64,000 nt of DNA from Pedosphaera sp. (GTDB taxonomy: Bacteria; Verrucomicrobiota; Verrucomicrobiia; Limisphaerales; SIBH01). This document shows positions 40,401 to 49,630 of the stretch, one piece after another. The stretch covers positions 1-64,000 of the forward strand of contig JANOQV010000240.1 of the NCBI GenBank assembly GCA_031414955.1, read 5' to 3'. The position numbers were made by a program, and so were the translations under genes. Positions within the stretch are counted from its first letter, which is position 1, and every line of letters begins with the position of its first letter. The notes under the pieces are model-generated. The model made no database searches. It was not told the origin of the DNA and saw only the letters and a program-made list of their open reading frames with translations.

Positions 40401-41475
40401 TCTCGCGCTCCTGCTCACTGCCCGGCCCGACGGTCTGGCCAAGGTGCGGCCGGAGTTGCAGCGCCTCACCTCGGACACGCACCAGCCCGCCGTGCGCCGC
40501 GCCGCCTCCGCGGCGATTGTGGCCGCCGATGGCAAGCCGGACGCCGCTTGGGAGAAGACCGCCGACAACGCCGGCACGCGGGTCATGCTCATCGAGTCCA
40601 TCGTCATGCTCGCCGACCCGACGTCGCGGGCCGCCTTCCAGCCGCTGCTCGCCGCCGCCGTCACGGACAAGGGCACGCATCCGCAGGTGCGCGCCGCCGC
40701 GTTGCGGTCGTTGCCCCTGATGGGCACGGACCACGCCGCGAAGAACTTCGGCCTGCTGGCGTCGCAATTGAAGACCGGCGCCGATGTGCCCTCCGCCGCC
40801 GGCGCGATTCGCAAGCTGCCCCGCGACTCCTGGGCCAAAGACCAGGCCGCGCCGCTCTCGGACGTGATCGTGAACTGGGCCAAGGCTGTGCCTGCCGCAC
40901 AGCGCACCGAGCAGCGGTTCGTCGAGACCGTGCAGGTCGGCATGGACCTGGCCACGCTGCTGCCCACCGCCGATTCCACCCGCGTGCGCAGCGCACTGCT
41001 CGACCTGGGCGTGAGTGTGTTCGTGATCAAGACCGTGCGCGAACAGATGCGCTACGACGTGGGCCGGATCGTGGTCGTGGCCGGCCAGCCCTTCGAGATC
41101 ATCTTCGAAAATGACGACATGATGCCGCACAACCTGGCCGTGGTGCAGCCTGGCGCGCGGGAAGCGATCGGGGCCGTGGTGGACAAGATGCAACCCGCCG
41201 TGCTCGACAAGCAGGGCCGGGCCTTCATCCCCACGGACCGGCTCCTCGCGGGCAAGATTCTCGGCGCGACCAAGCTCGTGGAGCCGGGCCAGAAGGAAAC
41301 GCTCAAGCTCACGGCGCCCAATCGCCCCGGCACGAATGAATTCGTCTGCACCTTCCCCGAGCACTGGAAGGTGATGTTCGGCCAGCTCGTGGTGGTGAAG
41401 GACAAGGCCGCGCTCCTGCAAGCCAGCGCCGAGCTTCCGCCCCAACAGCGCGCGGACGCGGGGCATGGGCATTAG
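37483..41475 (+). CDS. PVC-type secreted protein: SGNH-like + glucose/sorbosone-dehydrogenase-like propeller + HEAT repeats + cupredoxin
   Basis: Signal peptide; IGNTLA/FGFNE/NGVHL; FDTKGRLWV, DTDGDGKAD, DSHH, NPHG, APDGSLYVLDW, GRIYRI; RVRLEA repeats; MPHN..CTFPEHW.VM. Confidence 0.85.
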   Translation: MKRQMRLVLLGFFVLLKATSGVAADKLELKTGDHVAIIGNTLADRMQHSGWFEALTYEQLPKHQLVFRNLGYAADELVTRPRSENFGSPTDWLTRAQADVVLAFFGFNESFKGADGLAKFREDLEKFIKETRAANYSGKGAPRLVILSPIAAEKHRDVNFPDPAPINRQLAPYVQAMREVAAANGVQFVDLFAASQKAYAAAKTSLTINGVHLSDDGYKALAPAMFAEVFGSKAPAMDSTGFENLRAAINDKNKVWFSRYRTVDGYNVYGGRSALAYAPNKGPFITDRNAPEPHISNYKVMQQEMTQRDVMTANRDARIWAVAQGGNLAVKDDNLPPVTEIKSNKPGPNPDGSHPFLGGAEAMQHIKVPPGCKLQFIASEKEYPELVKPVQIGFDTKGRLWVAAWKNYPERTPTSQDGDKLLVFDLNPDGSVKKMTTFIDDLNCPTGFQFYKDGVLLMQAPDLWFIRDTDGDGKADSKVRVLNGMDSADSHHTANAICYEPGGAIYLSDGTFHRTSVETAQGPVRNINGAIYRFEPRTSKFYRHVPYGFANPHGRVFDAWGNDFITDATGNANYFGPAFSGYLETGSHSGMNTYWKNPSRPCPGTAILSSRHFPESMQGEFLNINVIGFQGIFRAKNTEEGSGILGTTVTPHMLDNDNAKNPNFRPIAADVAPDGSLYVLDWANSIIGHMQHHLRDPNRDQIHGRIYRITYPERPLLTPKKVDGQPIAALLDLLKEHEDNVRIRAKIELDKHDSKQVIAAVQKWAKQFDPKKVADAHHLLEALWVHQWHNVVNEPLLRTLLASPDPRARAQAVRVVGYWGDRVSQPLLAVKAAANDSAPRVRLEAVRVASFFEGNDAMEAAYQITKYPTDYYLDYTFKETTKQLSKSAKGFAPKDPALVAAVVNRMTDQELLAAPKTEPVLLARLERKTSDVNTRNAALEDLAKLRKTDRVTEAVAALTRLDEPGTPLQSINDLALLLTARPDGLAKVRPELQRLTSDTHQPAVRRAASAAIVAADGKPDAAWEKTADNAGTRVMLIESIVMLADPTSRAAFQPLLAAAVTDKGTHPQVRAAALRSLPLMGTDHAAKNFGLLASQLKTGADVPSAAGAIRKLPRDSWAKDQAAPLSDVIVNWAKAVPAAQRTEQRFVETVQVGMDLATLLPTADSTRVRSALLDLGVSVFVIKTVREQMRYDVGRIVVVAGQPFEIIFENDDMMPHNLAVVQPGAREAIGAVVDKMQPAVLDKQGRAFIPTDRLLAGKILGATKLVEPGQKETLKLTAPNRPGTNEFVCTFPEHWKVMFGQLVVVKDKAALLQASAELPPQQRADAGHGH

Positions 41476-41495
41476 TGAGGATCGCATAGAATGAC

Positions 41496-41563
41496 GGAGC
41501 GCCGAGCATTGCTCGGCCCGAAGTAGCGGCGTTCCACTCTTGCCGAGCAATGCTCGGCGCTCC
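41496..41563. repeat. GGAG-type REP doublet between convergent genes
   Basis: GGAGCGCCGAGCATTGCTCGGC (41496-41517) and a perfect inverted copy (41542-41563); each arm is self-palindromic. Confidence 0.85.
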
Positions 41564-41615
41564 TTCGGTAGACACGCATTGCCCGAGTCTCAGTAGAAAC
41601 GTGAGCCAGGCCCGT

Positions 41616-43130
41616 TCAGGCGGGTTTCAAGCGCAGATTGCCCCGGAAAACAACCGGCTTGGAAACCGTCGCCGGTTTGCGGCAAATGCCTCCATTGAGG
41701 GCGATGCACAATCCCAGCGGTGCCACCAGTTGGGGCAAGTCAGAATAGAGAGAGCCGAAGACGCTGAAGAAAAAGATGATTTTCGTGAGGAAGAAGGCGA
41801 AAAAAAAGCGGTTGGTCTTTTCCAGCGCCGGATTCCCATAGCGATAATTGAGGGAGAGGGCGCGAAGACCCGCGCCCAGGAAGGCCAGGAACGCCAGGCA
41901 GCCAAAGGAACCGAAAGGAATGTACACGGAGAGCGGCCCATTGTGGTAGTCGCCCGCAGCCAGGGATCCTGAATGTTGCGCGGCTCGGCCCCGCAACGCC
42001 GCCTGCTGGGCCAGATAAAGGTCGGTGGGATTGACGGAATAACCTTTGCCAATCCAAAAATACTTGGGCAGCTCCGGGAGCGTGGCCTGCCACATGGTCA
42101 CCCGCCAATCGACTGATCCATCGGCGTCACGACGGACGAGCGGATCGATTTCGATCGGCAAAAAGCTCAAGGTCCGTTGCATGGCCCTCGGGAGACGGGT
42201 GGCGAAAGGGGTGAGGGCGAGCAGGCCGAGGGCGCCAACGAGGACCAGGGCCGGGAAGAGCGGAGATCGCAGCAGACCCTCCAGCACGAACAACACGGCG
42301 AAAAGGACCAGGAACAGGAGAAGAAAGGAGCGGAATCCGGCCATGGTCCCGAGGACCACCACCGCCAGCAGGAGCATCCACCGCCAGCCTTTGGCCAGCA
42401 CTCCTCGCACTCCAAAAACGGCCAGGAGGTAATGGATCACGGCGGCGGCCGCAGGCCAGACACCGGCAAAACGCACCCCCGCCAGGCTGCCTTCGGTGCT
42501 CGCCTGATAGCTGGCGAAACCAACCGGAAACAACAGATAAAGGAAATAGAAAGGCTGCCCGGCGAAGTAGATCAGCGTGCTGCCCAGACTGAAGATCACG
42601 ACGGGCAGAAAAAACAGGGCGAGGTAGAACCGGGCTTTTTCCAACGGGATCGGCTGACTGACCAGTCCAAAATAGGCGAGGATGGCCCCGATGATGAAGT
42701 AATAGCCCTTGCCCCCATAGCTGGTTCCACCCATGGCCATGACGCTGATTCCGCCCGTGAACTTCGCGGTGATGACCACCACCAGCAGCAGGGCCAGCAG
42801 CGTGAACGTGATGGACGGCGCGGAGAGGAAGGCCCGCCTCTTTTGCATGACCCGAGCCAGCACCGCGAGGCCGAAATTGATGCCGCCCATCAACATCCAG
42901 AGCGTGGGTTTGCCGGGGAAAAAAAAGATGGTGATGGAGGAGTTCAAACTGAAGACGAGGACGGCGTAGTGCCACTTGAGCAGGGCGGGCAGGAGCAGGA
43001 TGAAGCCAATCGCCGCCAGGACGGCAAAGGAATTCCGGGTCAGATCACCCGAGAGCGTGTAGCCAATGAAGACCGCCAGCGGCAGGATGATGCCGTAGAT
43101 GATCAAAGTTCGCAGCGCGCCAAAATTCAC
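41616..43130 (-). CDS. O-antigen polymerase/ligase (Wzy_C-like) membrane protein
   Basis: About 12 TM segments; GFRS, WR..MW, WIGKGY, DYHNGPL..FG..G loop motifs; GTG start. Confidence 0.8.
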   Translation of the reverse strand: MNFGALRTLIIYGIILPLAVFIGYTLSGDLTRNSFAVLAAIGFILLLPALLKWHYAVLVFSLNSSITIFFFPGKPTLWMLMGGINFGLAVLARVMQKRRAFLSAPSITFTLLALLLVVVITAKFTGGISVMAMGGTSYGGKGYYFIIGAILAYFGLVSQPIPLEKARFYLALFFLPVVIFSLGSTLIYFAGQPFYFLYLLFPVGFASYQASTEGSLAGVRFAGVWPAAAAVIHYLLAVFGVRGVLAKGWRWMLLLAVVVLGTMAGFRSFLLLFLVLFAVLFVLEGLLRSPLFPALVLVGALGLLALTPFATRLPRAMQRTLSFLPIEIDPLVRRDADGSVDWRVTMWQATLPELPKYFWIGKGYSVNPTDLYLAQQAALRGRAAQHSGSLAAGDYHNGPLSVYIPFGSFGCLAFLAFLGAGLRALSLNYRYGNPALEKTNRFFFAFFLTKIIFFFSVFGSLYSDLPQLVAPLGLCIALNGGICRKPATVSKPVVFRGNLRLKPA

Positions 43131-43245
43131 AAGGCGGTCAGCCTAGACCAAGCCAGGGGGGCAAGACAAAAAAAATGTTGGCCGCAGTGAGTATCCACGT
43201 TCAGCTTGGTCACGGCTCCTTGGAAACCAGGGGGCCTCGGCTGAT

Positions 43246-44253
43246 ATGCGCGTTTTATTCGACCATCCATCTCCGTTCGCCCTGGCGCACGGCGGGTTCC
43301 AGATCCAGATCGAGCAAACGGCGGCGGCCCTGCGCTCCCTCGGCGTCGAGGTCGAGTTCCTTCGCTGGTGGGATGACACCCAGCGTGGCGACCTGATCCA
43401 CTACTTCGGACGCCCGGCCGAGGACTATGTCCGGCAGGCGCAACGCCACGGCCGCAAAGTGGTCATGGCTGAATTGCTCACCGCCCTCGGATCGCGGAGT
43501 TCGTTCCAACGTCTCGGCCAAAAGGCGGTCATTTCCCTGGCGGAACGCCTCCTCCCTGAATCCTTTACCGCCCGCATGGCCTGGGATTCCTACCGGTGGG
43601 CCGATGCGGTCGTGGCCCTGACCCCTTGGGAGGCCAGGTTGATGCAGGAAATGTTTGGTGCTCCCGCCGCCCGGACTCATGTCGTGCCCAACGGCGTGGA
43701 AGAAACCTTCCTCCGCAGTGAGTCGCGCCTGCGAGGACCGTGGCTCGTCTGTACCGCCACCATCACCGAACGCAAGCGCGTGCTGGAACTGGCCCAGGCG
43801 GCGGCCCTCGCGCAGACGCCGGTCTGGATTCTTGGCCAGCCCTACTCAGACTCCGATCCTTACGCCCTCCGCTTCGAGCAACTGGCCCGGGCCCAACCCC
43901 GGTGGATTCGTTACGAAGGCCCGGTGCGGGATCGCGCGCGACTGGCGGAGATTTATCGCGAGGCCCGTGGCTTTGTGCTCTTGAGCAGCATGGAAAGCTT
44001 GAGCCTGTCTGCTTTGGAAGCTTCGGCGTGTGCATGCCCGCTGTTGCTCACGGACCTGCCTTGGGCTCGAACCGTGTTTGGACCGGGTGCCACCTATTGT
44101 CCGATCAGTTCCACTGCTCAAACGGCGGAGGCGCTCCGTCGGTTTTACGCCCAGGCGCCCAGCCTTCCGCCGCCGCCCAAACCCCACGGCTGGAAGGAAA
44201 TCGCCACCCAGTTCAAGTCTCTCTACGAAGGTCTGTTGAGCACTTCCCGGTAA
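43246..44253 (+). CDS. Glycosyltransferase family 4
   Basis: HGG..IQ, VVPNGV, ERK, S.MESLSLSALEA. Confidence 0.9.
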   Translation: MRVLFDHPSPFALAHGGFQIQIEQTAAALRSLGVEVEFLRWWDDTQRGDLIHYFGRPAEDYVRQAQRHGRKVVMAELLTALGSRSSFQRLGQKAVISLAERLLPESFTARMAWDSYRWADAVVALTPWEARLMQEMFGAPAARTHVVPNGVEETFLRSESRLRGPWLVCTATITERKRVLELAQAAALAQTPVWILGQPYSDSDPYALRFEQLARAQPRWIRYEGPVRDRARLAEIYREARGFVLLSSMESLSLSALEASACACPLLLTDLPWARTVFGPGATYCPISSTAQTAEALRRFYAQAPSLPPPPKPHGWKEIATQFKSLYEGLLSTSR

Positions 44254-45374
44254 ATCGCCAGATGCCGGCGGGCCATGGCCTCCGGGTGATAGCGTTCCCG
44301 GATAAACGCCGTCGCCTCGCGCGGGCGGGGGTGTCCCTGCGTGATCCACTGGCTGATGGCCTCGGTCAATGCGCCCCAGTCATCCTGGGCAAATAATTCT
44401 GCGGCGGGCGCGTGCTGCGCGATGTCCCGGATGCCGCCCAGCGCCGTTCCGAAGAATTTCAAGTTCCGCGCGAGCGATTCGATCACGACATTGCCGAAGG
44501 CCTCTTCGGTTGGGAAATGAACCAGACTGGACGCGGCATCAAAGCAACTGACCAGCCGGGATTCTGGTTGTGGACCCAAGAAGCGCGCGCAACCCTTCTC
44601 CTCCAGCGGTTTGATCCGACGGAGAAATTCATTCGCATACGCGTCCTGCGCGGACGGAATGAATCCGATGAAGCGAAACTCAAACTTGAACCCCCGCGCG
44701 TGCAGCGCCTCCGCCACGTCCAGCAACTCCAACTGGCGCTTGCGCGGCGAGATCACGCCCGCGTTGAGCAGCACACAGGGACGAGGGCGGTCATCCGGTG
44801 GCGGATCGAAAAAGGCCAGCCGCAAGGCATGCGGCACCAGCCAGGTCCGGCCCGCGCGCGACCGCACCGCCTGCTCCGTGTAGGTGGAATTACAAAACAC
44901 CCCGCCGGTGCGGCGCAGGGCGAAATTCTCCACCCGCGTCTGGAGCCAGGCGTACGATCCTACGCCCGCGCCGAACTGCCGGGCCTGCGCGCTCATCAAC
45001 CCGTGAATGGTAACCAGATTAGTCCCGCCAGACAGGGCGGCGCTGAGGCCGCATTCGCGTTCGGTGCCGTGCCCATGCACCAGGTCCGGTTTGAGTTCCC
45101 GCACCTTTTTCCGCACCGCGCGGACGCAGCCCTGGTAGCCGGTGCGCAGCCAGCCGAGCTTCGGCACATGCAGACTGTGGAACCAGATATTCACCGCCAG
45201 TTTCTCGGGCGAGCGCAGGGGGCGCTGGGTGCAGGAGACGACGTGGATTTCAATTCCCGGCGTGCGCGCGAAGCCTTCCAGCAGCGCCTGATGGCCGGCG
45301 CAAAAGCGTGGCGTGGTCTCCTCGTAGGTCCGCTCGTGCTCGCGATTGTCCGTGGTGACGATGACAACTCTCAT
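44223..45374 (-). CDS. Glycosyltransferase family 4
   Basis: PDLVHGHG, VTIHG, PRKRQ, EAFGNVVIES. Confidence 0.9.
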   Translation of the reverse strand: MRVVIVTTDNREHERTYEETTPRFCAGHQALLEGFARTPGIEIHVVSCTQRPLRSPEKLAVNIWFHSLHVPKLGWLRTGYQGCVRAVRKKVRELKPDLVHGHGTERECGLSAALSGGTNLVTIHGLMSAQARQFGAGVGSYAWLQTRVENFALRRTGGVFCNSTYTEQAVRSRAGRTWLVPHALRLAFFDPPPDDRPRPCVLLNAGVISPRKRQLELLDVAEALHARGFKFEFRFIGFIPSAQDAYANEFLRRIKPLEEKGCARFLGPQPESRLVSCFDAASSLVHFPTEEAFGNVVIESLARNLKFFGTALGGIRDIAQHAPAAELFAQDDWGALTEAISQWITQGHPRPREATAFIRERYHPEAMARRHLAIYREVLNRPS

Positions 45375-45387
45375 GGGGCCAAGACCC

Positions 45388-46167
45388 TCAACGGTGCAGA
45401 AAGAAGGAGCACACGCTTTCCTCCTCGATGATGAAACCCAGGGCTTTGAACCGCTCCAGAAACTGCTCCTGCGACATCTGGCCGAGGGGATCATCGTGCA
45501 GTTCCAGCGCGATGGCGGAAACACTTTCCCAGGCGGCCGGAGGCGTGCCGCGCACGAGATCGAACTCCGCGCCCTCGATGTCGATCTTGGCCAGGGTAAT
45601 TTTCGACCCGAGCGCAGCGACCACGTCGCTAAAGGCGCGGATAGTCACGGGAAAAGATTTCCCCGTGGTTCCGTAGAGGCTCGAACCGCCCGGATTCTCC
45701 TCGTCAAAGAACCAGTTCACGGTGGCGTTGGCTCCGGCGACGGCCTCGCGGTGCAAATGAATTCGATCACCATGGGCCGGATTGGCCAGCCGGTTCATCT
45801 CGAAGAGCCGATAGTTGGGCGGACCGGGTTCATAGGCATGAACCTCCACTTCGGGACCCTGGGCCGCCGCCAGCAGGCTGAACAGTCCGATGTTCCCGCC
45901 CAAATCCAAAACGGTCGCCTTGCCCTGGGTTGCCCGGACATGCGCGAGCGCGCGCCCATAACTCCCGGCGAAGAGAAGTTCATGCACCACATCCCAGTCC
46001 CGGGAGCCGGCGCGGCAAACCACATTCAGACCATCGCGGAAAGAAAGGAGGCGCAGGCCGGCATGATGTTGACGCAACCGCATGCCCACCGCCGTGGGCC
46101 AGTTCTCGATCCGCCGGACGATGTCGAGGCACGTCTTGATTTTGTTGCGTTGATACTGCGCTGCCAT
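45388..46167 (-). CDS. FkbM family methyltransferase
   Basis: VLDLGGNIGLFS, AYEP, KIDIEGAE, ELH. Confidence 0.9.
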   Translation of the reverse strand: MAAQYQRNKIKTCLDIVRRIENWPTAVGMRLRQHHAGLRLLSFRDGLNVVCRAGSRDWDVVHELLFAGSYGRALAHVRATQGKATVLDLGGNIGLFSLLAAAQGPEVEVHAYEPGPPNYRLFEMNRLANPAHGDRIHLHREAVAGANATVNWFFDEENPGGSSLYGTTGKSFPVTIRAFSDVVAALGSKITLAKIDIEGAEFDLVRGTPPAAWESVSAIALELHDDPLGQMSQEQFLERFKALGFIIEEESVCSFFLHR

Positions 46168-46276
46168 TTGCGCGCATTAACGGCGAGGGTCCGGTCTTTG
46201 TCCAGCGCGTGAAGATGCAGGGTGAGATTGAAAGTGGCGGGCCACCACGGGCCGGGGCCGGGGAGGCTCTCGGGCC

Positions 46277-46385
46277 GGAGTGCGCCCGTCCCGGGCGCAG
46301 CCACGTCCGCGCGCACGATGCCTTGGGGAAAACCCCAGCCTCTCGCCACGCTTCACCTTGCTGCGCCCGAGGACGGGCGCACTCC
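46277..46385. repeat. GGAGTGCGCCCGTC-type REP doublet
   Basis: GGAGTGCGCCCGTCCCGGGCGCAGC (46277-46301) and inverted copy (46360-46385) with 1 indel; same family at 62732-62847. Confidence 0.85.
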
Positions 46386-46474
46386 AGGCCCGCCACGATC
46401 AATCCCACCCACGATGCAGTTGCTTTCAACTCTGGATTCCCCAAACTACGGGCGCGTCCTGTGTCGTGCCGAAA

Positions 46475-47623
46475 ATGAGAATTGCCCTGTGCCTGGAATA
46501 CCCGCTCGCGTACCAAGGCGGGGTCAGCGTGCTCTGCCAGGCTCTCGCCACCGGCCTTTCCGCCCGGCACGAAGTCGTGCTCGTCTCGCCGGACGGCCCG
46601 GAAGAATTTGCCCGGCTGCAAAAAATCCTCCCGCTGCACAGCCATGTGCCTTGGAATCCGAACACCGTCGGCCCGGGGCCATCGCGGACGCTCGCCACCG
46701 CTTTGAAAGAGCGGGGCGTGCAGTTGGCGCACTTCCACTTCGGCGGCAACTTTGGCTGGGGCAGCCGTTTTTCGGGTCAATCACCGATCCCTTATGTGGC
46801 GCGGGCTGGGATCAAAGCGGTCAGCACCGTGCATCTGGTGGTCGGCCCTCTGGATGGCTATTGCGGACCCGAGAAGCCGCTCTGGTTCAAGCTCGCGCTC
46901 TGGCCGGTGGCGTGGCTGGGCAAGATGAGCGTGCTGCGCCACCTGCGCGCCGAGCTCGTGGTGTCCAAGTTCGGCACGCGCTGCCTGCGCCGTTGGTACT
47001 GGCCCAGGCGTGACCGCTTCCGGACGATTTATCACTCCCGCGTCTCCGAGCAATCCACCCTTCCTCCTCCAGGTGGCAGGGAGAAGATGGTTCTTTATGC
47101 GGGCCACCTGGCGGTGCGCAAAGGACAGCACATCCTCGCCGAGGCGTTCGCGCAAGTTGCTCTCCGGCATCCCGACTGGAAGCTCGTGCTTCTGGGTGAA
47201 GGCGAGAAGGAGATCGAGGATCGCATCGGCCGCCTGATCGTCGAACATTCCCTCCAAGGCCGGATCGAGATGCCCGGTGCGCGCCTGGATGCGATGGAGT
47301 GGATGCGCCGGGCGGAAATCTTCGTCCAGCCTTCCTTCTTTGAAGGCCTGCCGCTGGCCTTGCAGGAAGCGATGTGGTCCGGCTGCGCCTGCCTCGCCAC
47401 GGACATTCCCGGCAACAACGAAATCATTTCCCACGAGATGAATGGCTTGCTGGTCAGCAAGGGCGATCCTGATTCCATGGCGGCGGGATTGGACCGTCTG
47501 ATGGGCGACAAGACCTTGCGCGCCACGTTCCGCGAGCAGGCGCGCGCTTCCGTCTTGCGCCAGGGAATGAGTGTGGAGCAAATGATCCGTCAGCATGTTG
47601 AACTCTATGAGTCCTGCGTTTGA
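46475..47623 (+). CDS. Glycosyltransferase family 4
   Basis: GGV, RKGQ..L.EAF, PSFFEGLPLALQEAM. Confidence 0.92.
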   Translation: MRIALCLEYPLAYQGGVSVLCQALATGLSARHEVVLVSPDGPEEFARLQKILPLHSHVPWNPNTVGPGPSRTLATALKERGVQLAHFHFGGNFGWGSRFSGQSPIPYVARAGIKAVSTVHLVVGPLDGYCGPEKPLWFKLALWPVAWLGKMSVLRHLRAELVVSKFGTRCLRRWYWPRRDRFRTIYHSRVSEQSTLPPPGGREKMVLYAGHLAVRKGQHILAEAFAQVALRHPDWKLVLLGEGEKEIEDRIGRLIVEHSLQGRIEMPGARLDAMEWMRRAEIFVQPSFFEGLPLALQEAMWSGCACLATDIPGNNEIISHEMNGLLVSKGDPDSMAAGLDRLMGDKTLRATFREQARASVLRQGMSVEQMIRQHVELYESCV

Positions 47624-48824
47624 GTCCGTGGATGGCCGGCGGTTTGCCGTGGCGGGCATCGCCCGTTGGGACGGCGACTACAACGCCCGCGCCCTGGCGG
47701 CCCACGACCTGTTGCGCTTTTGCGCGCTGGGCACCCGGCGCGGCACCGCCGGGGTGCCGATGGAACTGACCCGGCTCAATCCCAAGATTGGCCTGGTCGC
47801 TTACCTCGGTGCGCGGACCCTGCCGCCCTTCTACGGCGAGGCTCTGCGCCATCGACTGCACCCGTGGCTCGACCGCTGGGTGGATTCAATGATGACGCCG
47901 GGCGATCACATTCTTTCGAGCTTCGGCTTCACCAACCGGGCTTTCGCCCGCACGCGGTCGCAGGGCGGCAAAACTTTTTATTCCGCGGGCAGCTCCCACC
48001 CGGAAGACTACTGGGCCATCGTGGAAGAGGAGCACAAGCGCTGGCAGTGCCCTTACCCGCCGCTGGCGCAATTCCAACACCGTCGCGTGATGGAGATGAT
48101 GCCGCTGGTGGATTACGTCCTGTCGCCCAGTTCATTCGTCACGCGCTCCTACCTCGCGCACGGGTTTCGCCCCGAGCAGATCCTGCGCAATGTCTATCCC
48201 ATCGATCTTTCCTGCTTCACCCCGCCCACGGTCCCACGCCCGAAGAACCGGCCGCTCTCGGTGGTCTCGACCGGCTGCCTGACTTTCCGGAAAGGCACGC
48301 CTTACCTGCTGGATGCCTTCCGACTCGTGCTGAAAAAAATTCCCAACGCCCGGCTTCTGCTCACGCGGGACATCCTGAGCGGCATTGCGCCGGTCCTCGC
48401 CCGTTACAACGATCTCCCCATCGACTGGGCACCGGCCCTGCCGCATCCACAACTGGCCGAGCGCCTGCGCCATGCAGACATCTTTGCGCTGCCCTCGGTG
48501 GAAGATGGATTCGCGCGCACCGTGACCGAGGCGCTGGCTTGCGGCCTGCCCGTCATCGTGACCCCGAACACCGGCGCGTCCGACCTGGTGCGCCCCGGGG
48601 TGAATGGAGAGATCGTTCCCATCCGAGACCCGGTGGCCTTGGCCGAGGCGATCCTGAAGTGGGCGGATCGGATACTTGGCCCGGATGAAACCGCCCGGCC
48701 CGAGTTCGATCTCAGCCTGGTCTCCGCCGCGAGCTTCGAGCGCGGATTCCTCGAACAACTGGCCACCTTGGGTTTGGTGCGTCGGGCAAAAGCGGATGTC
48801 GCCTCCGCCCCCGACCCTTGCTAG
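47595..48824 (+). CDS. Glycosyltransferase family 4
   Basis: RKGTPYLLDAF, LPSVEDGFARTVTEALACGLPVI. Confidence 0.92.
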   Translation: MLNSMSPAFESVDGRRFAVAGIARWDGDYNARALAAHDLLRFCALGTRRGTAGVPMELTRLNPKIGLVAYLGARTLPPFYGEALRHRLHPWLDRWVDSMMTPGDHILSSFGFTNRAFARTRSQGGKTFYSAGSSHPEDYWAIVEEEHKRWQCPYPPLAQFQHRRVMEMMPLVDYVLSPSSFVTRSYLAHGFRPEQILRNVYPIDLSCFTPPTVPRPKNRPLSVVSTGCLTFRKGTPYLLDAFRLVLKKIPNARLLLTRDILSGIAPVLARYNDLPIDWAPALPHPQLAERLRHADIFALPSVEDGFARTVTEALACGLPVIVTPNTGASDLVRPGVNGEIVPIRDPVALAEAILKWADRILGPDETARPEFDLSLVSAASFERGFLEQLATLGLVRRAKADVASAPDPC

Positions 48825-48849
48825 CCTGCGCCTTGGAACAACTGATTTC

Positions 48850-49620
48850 ATGAGCCAATCCAATCTCAGCAAAGTCGCGCGGCTGGCCGGACGCCTGATC
48901 AAGATTGCCCTCCGCAATCCCCGCGCGCTGCGCGAAGTCTTCGGCGTGTCGCTGGCCCTCTCCGAACAGCTCACCGACCCGGAGGTGGACGTGACCGTGC
49001 TGCCCAAAGTGGCGGTGGAAGACATCCTCGGCGACACCAGCGGGGATCATGTCCTCGCCCTGTGGGCCGTGCCCCAAGTGGCCCGCTCGGTCAGTCTCCA
49101 CGAAGCGGTGTGCCTCGGTACCTTGATGAAACTGGCCCAGGCGCGGCGGGTCTTTGAGTTCGGCACCTATCGCGGCGTCTCGACCACTCAACTGGCTTTG
49201 AACCTTCCACCCGACGGACAGGTCTTCACCCTCGACCTGCCCGTCACCAATCTGAAAACCAAGTTTGAACTAGACACCACGGGCGAGGTGGAAGTCGTGG
49301 AGGACGCCCGCAAAGGCGAGCTGGTCCCGGCCCACCTCCGTCCGCGCATCACGTTTATCTCGCAGGACTCCGCGCTGTTTGATCCGACCCCGTTCGAGGG
49401 CACGATGGATCTCGTCTTCGTCGATGGCGCGCACACGGCGGAGTATGTGAAGAACGATTCGGAGAAGGGCTGGCGGATGTTGCGCCCCGGCGGAGTCATC
49501 TGCTGGCACGACTGCCGGTTCAACAGCGCCTCGGTGATCAAATTCCTGCGCCAATGCCGCTATCAACCCCGGCGGATCACCGGCGGCTCGGTCGCGTTTG
49601 CGGTGAAGCCCGGCGCGTGA
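48850..49620 (+). CDS. Class I SAM methyltransferase (Methyltransf_24-like)
   Basis: FEFGTYRG.ST, DLVFVDGAH, LRPGGVICWHD. Confidence 0.88.
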   Translation: MSQSNLSKVARLAGRLIKIALRNPRALREVFGVSLALSEQLTDPEVDVTVLPKVAVEDILGDTSGDHVLALWAVPQVARSVSLHEAVCLGTLMKLAQARRVFEFGTYRGVSTTQLALNLPPDGQVFTLDLPVTNLKTKFELDTTGEVEVVEDARKGELVPAHLRPRITFISQDSALFDPTPFEGTMDLVFVDGAHTAEYVKNDSEKGWRMLRPGGVICWHDCRFNSASVIKFLRQCRYQPRRITGGSVAFAVKPGA

Positions 49621-49630
49621 GGCGAGCTGC

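Noticed and set aside
37810..41550. 1246-aa antisense ORF and similar long antisense ORFs (8074-10173, 15444-17339, 32751-34883, 2822-4564)
   Set aside because: Typical stop-poor antisense frames of high-GC genes; no recognisable motifs
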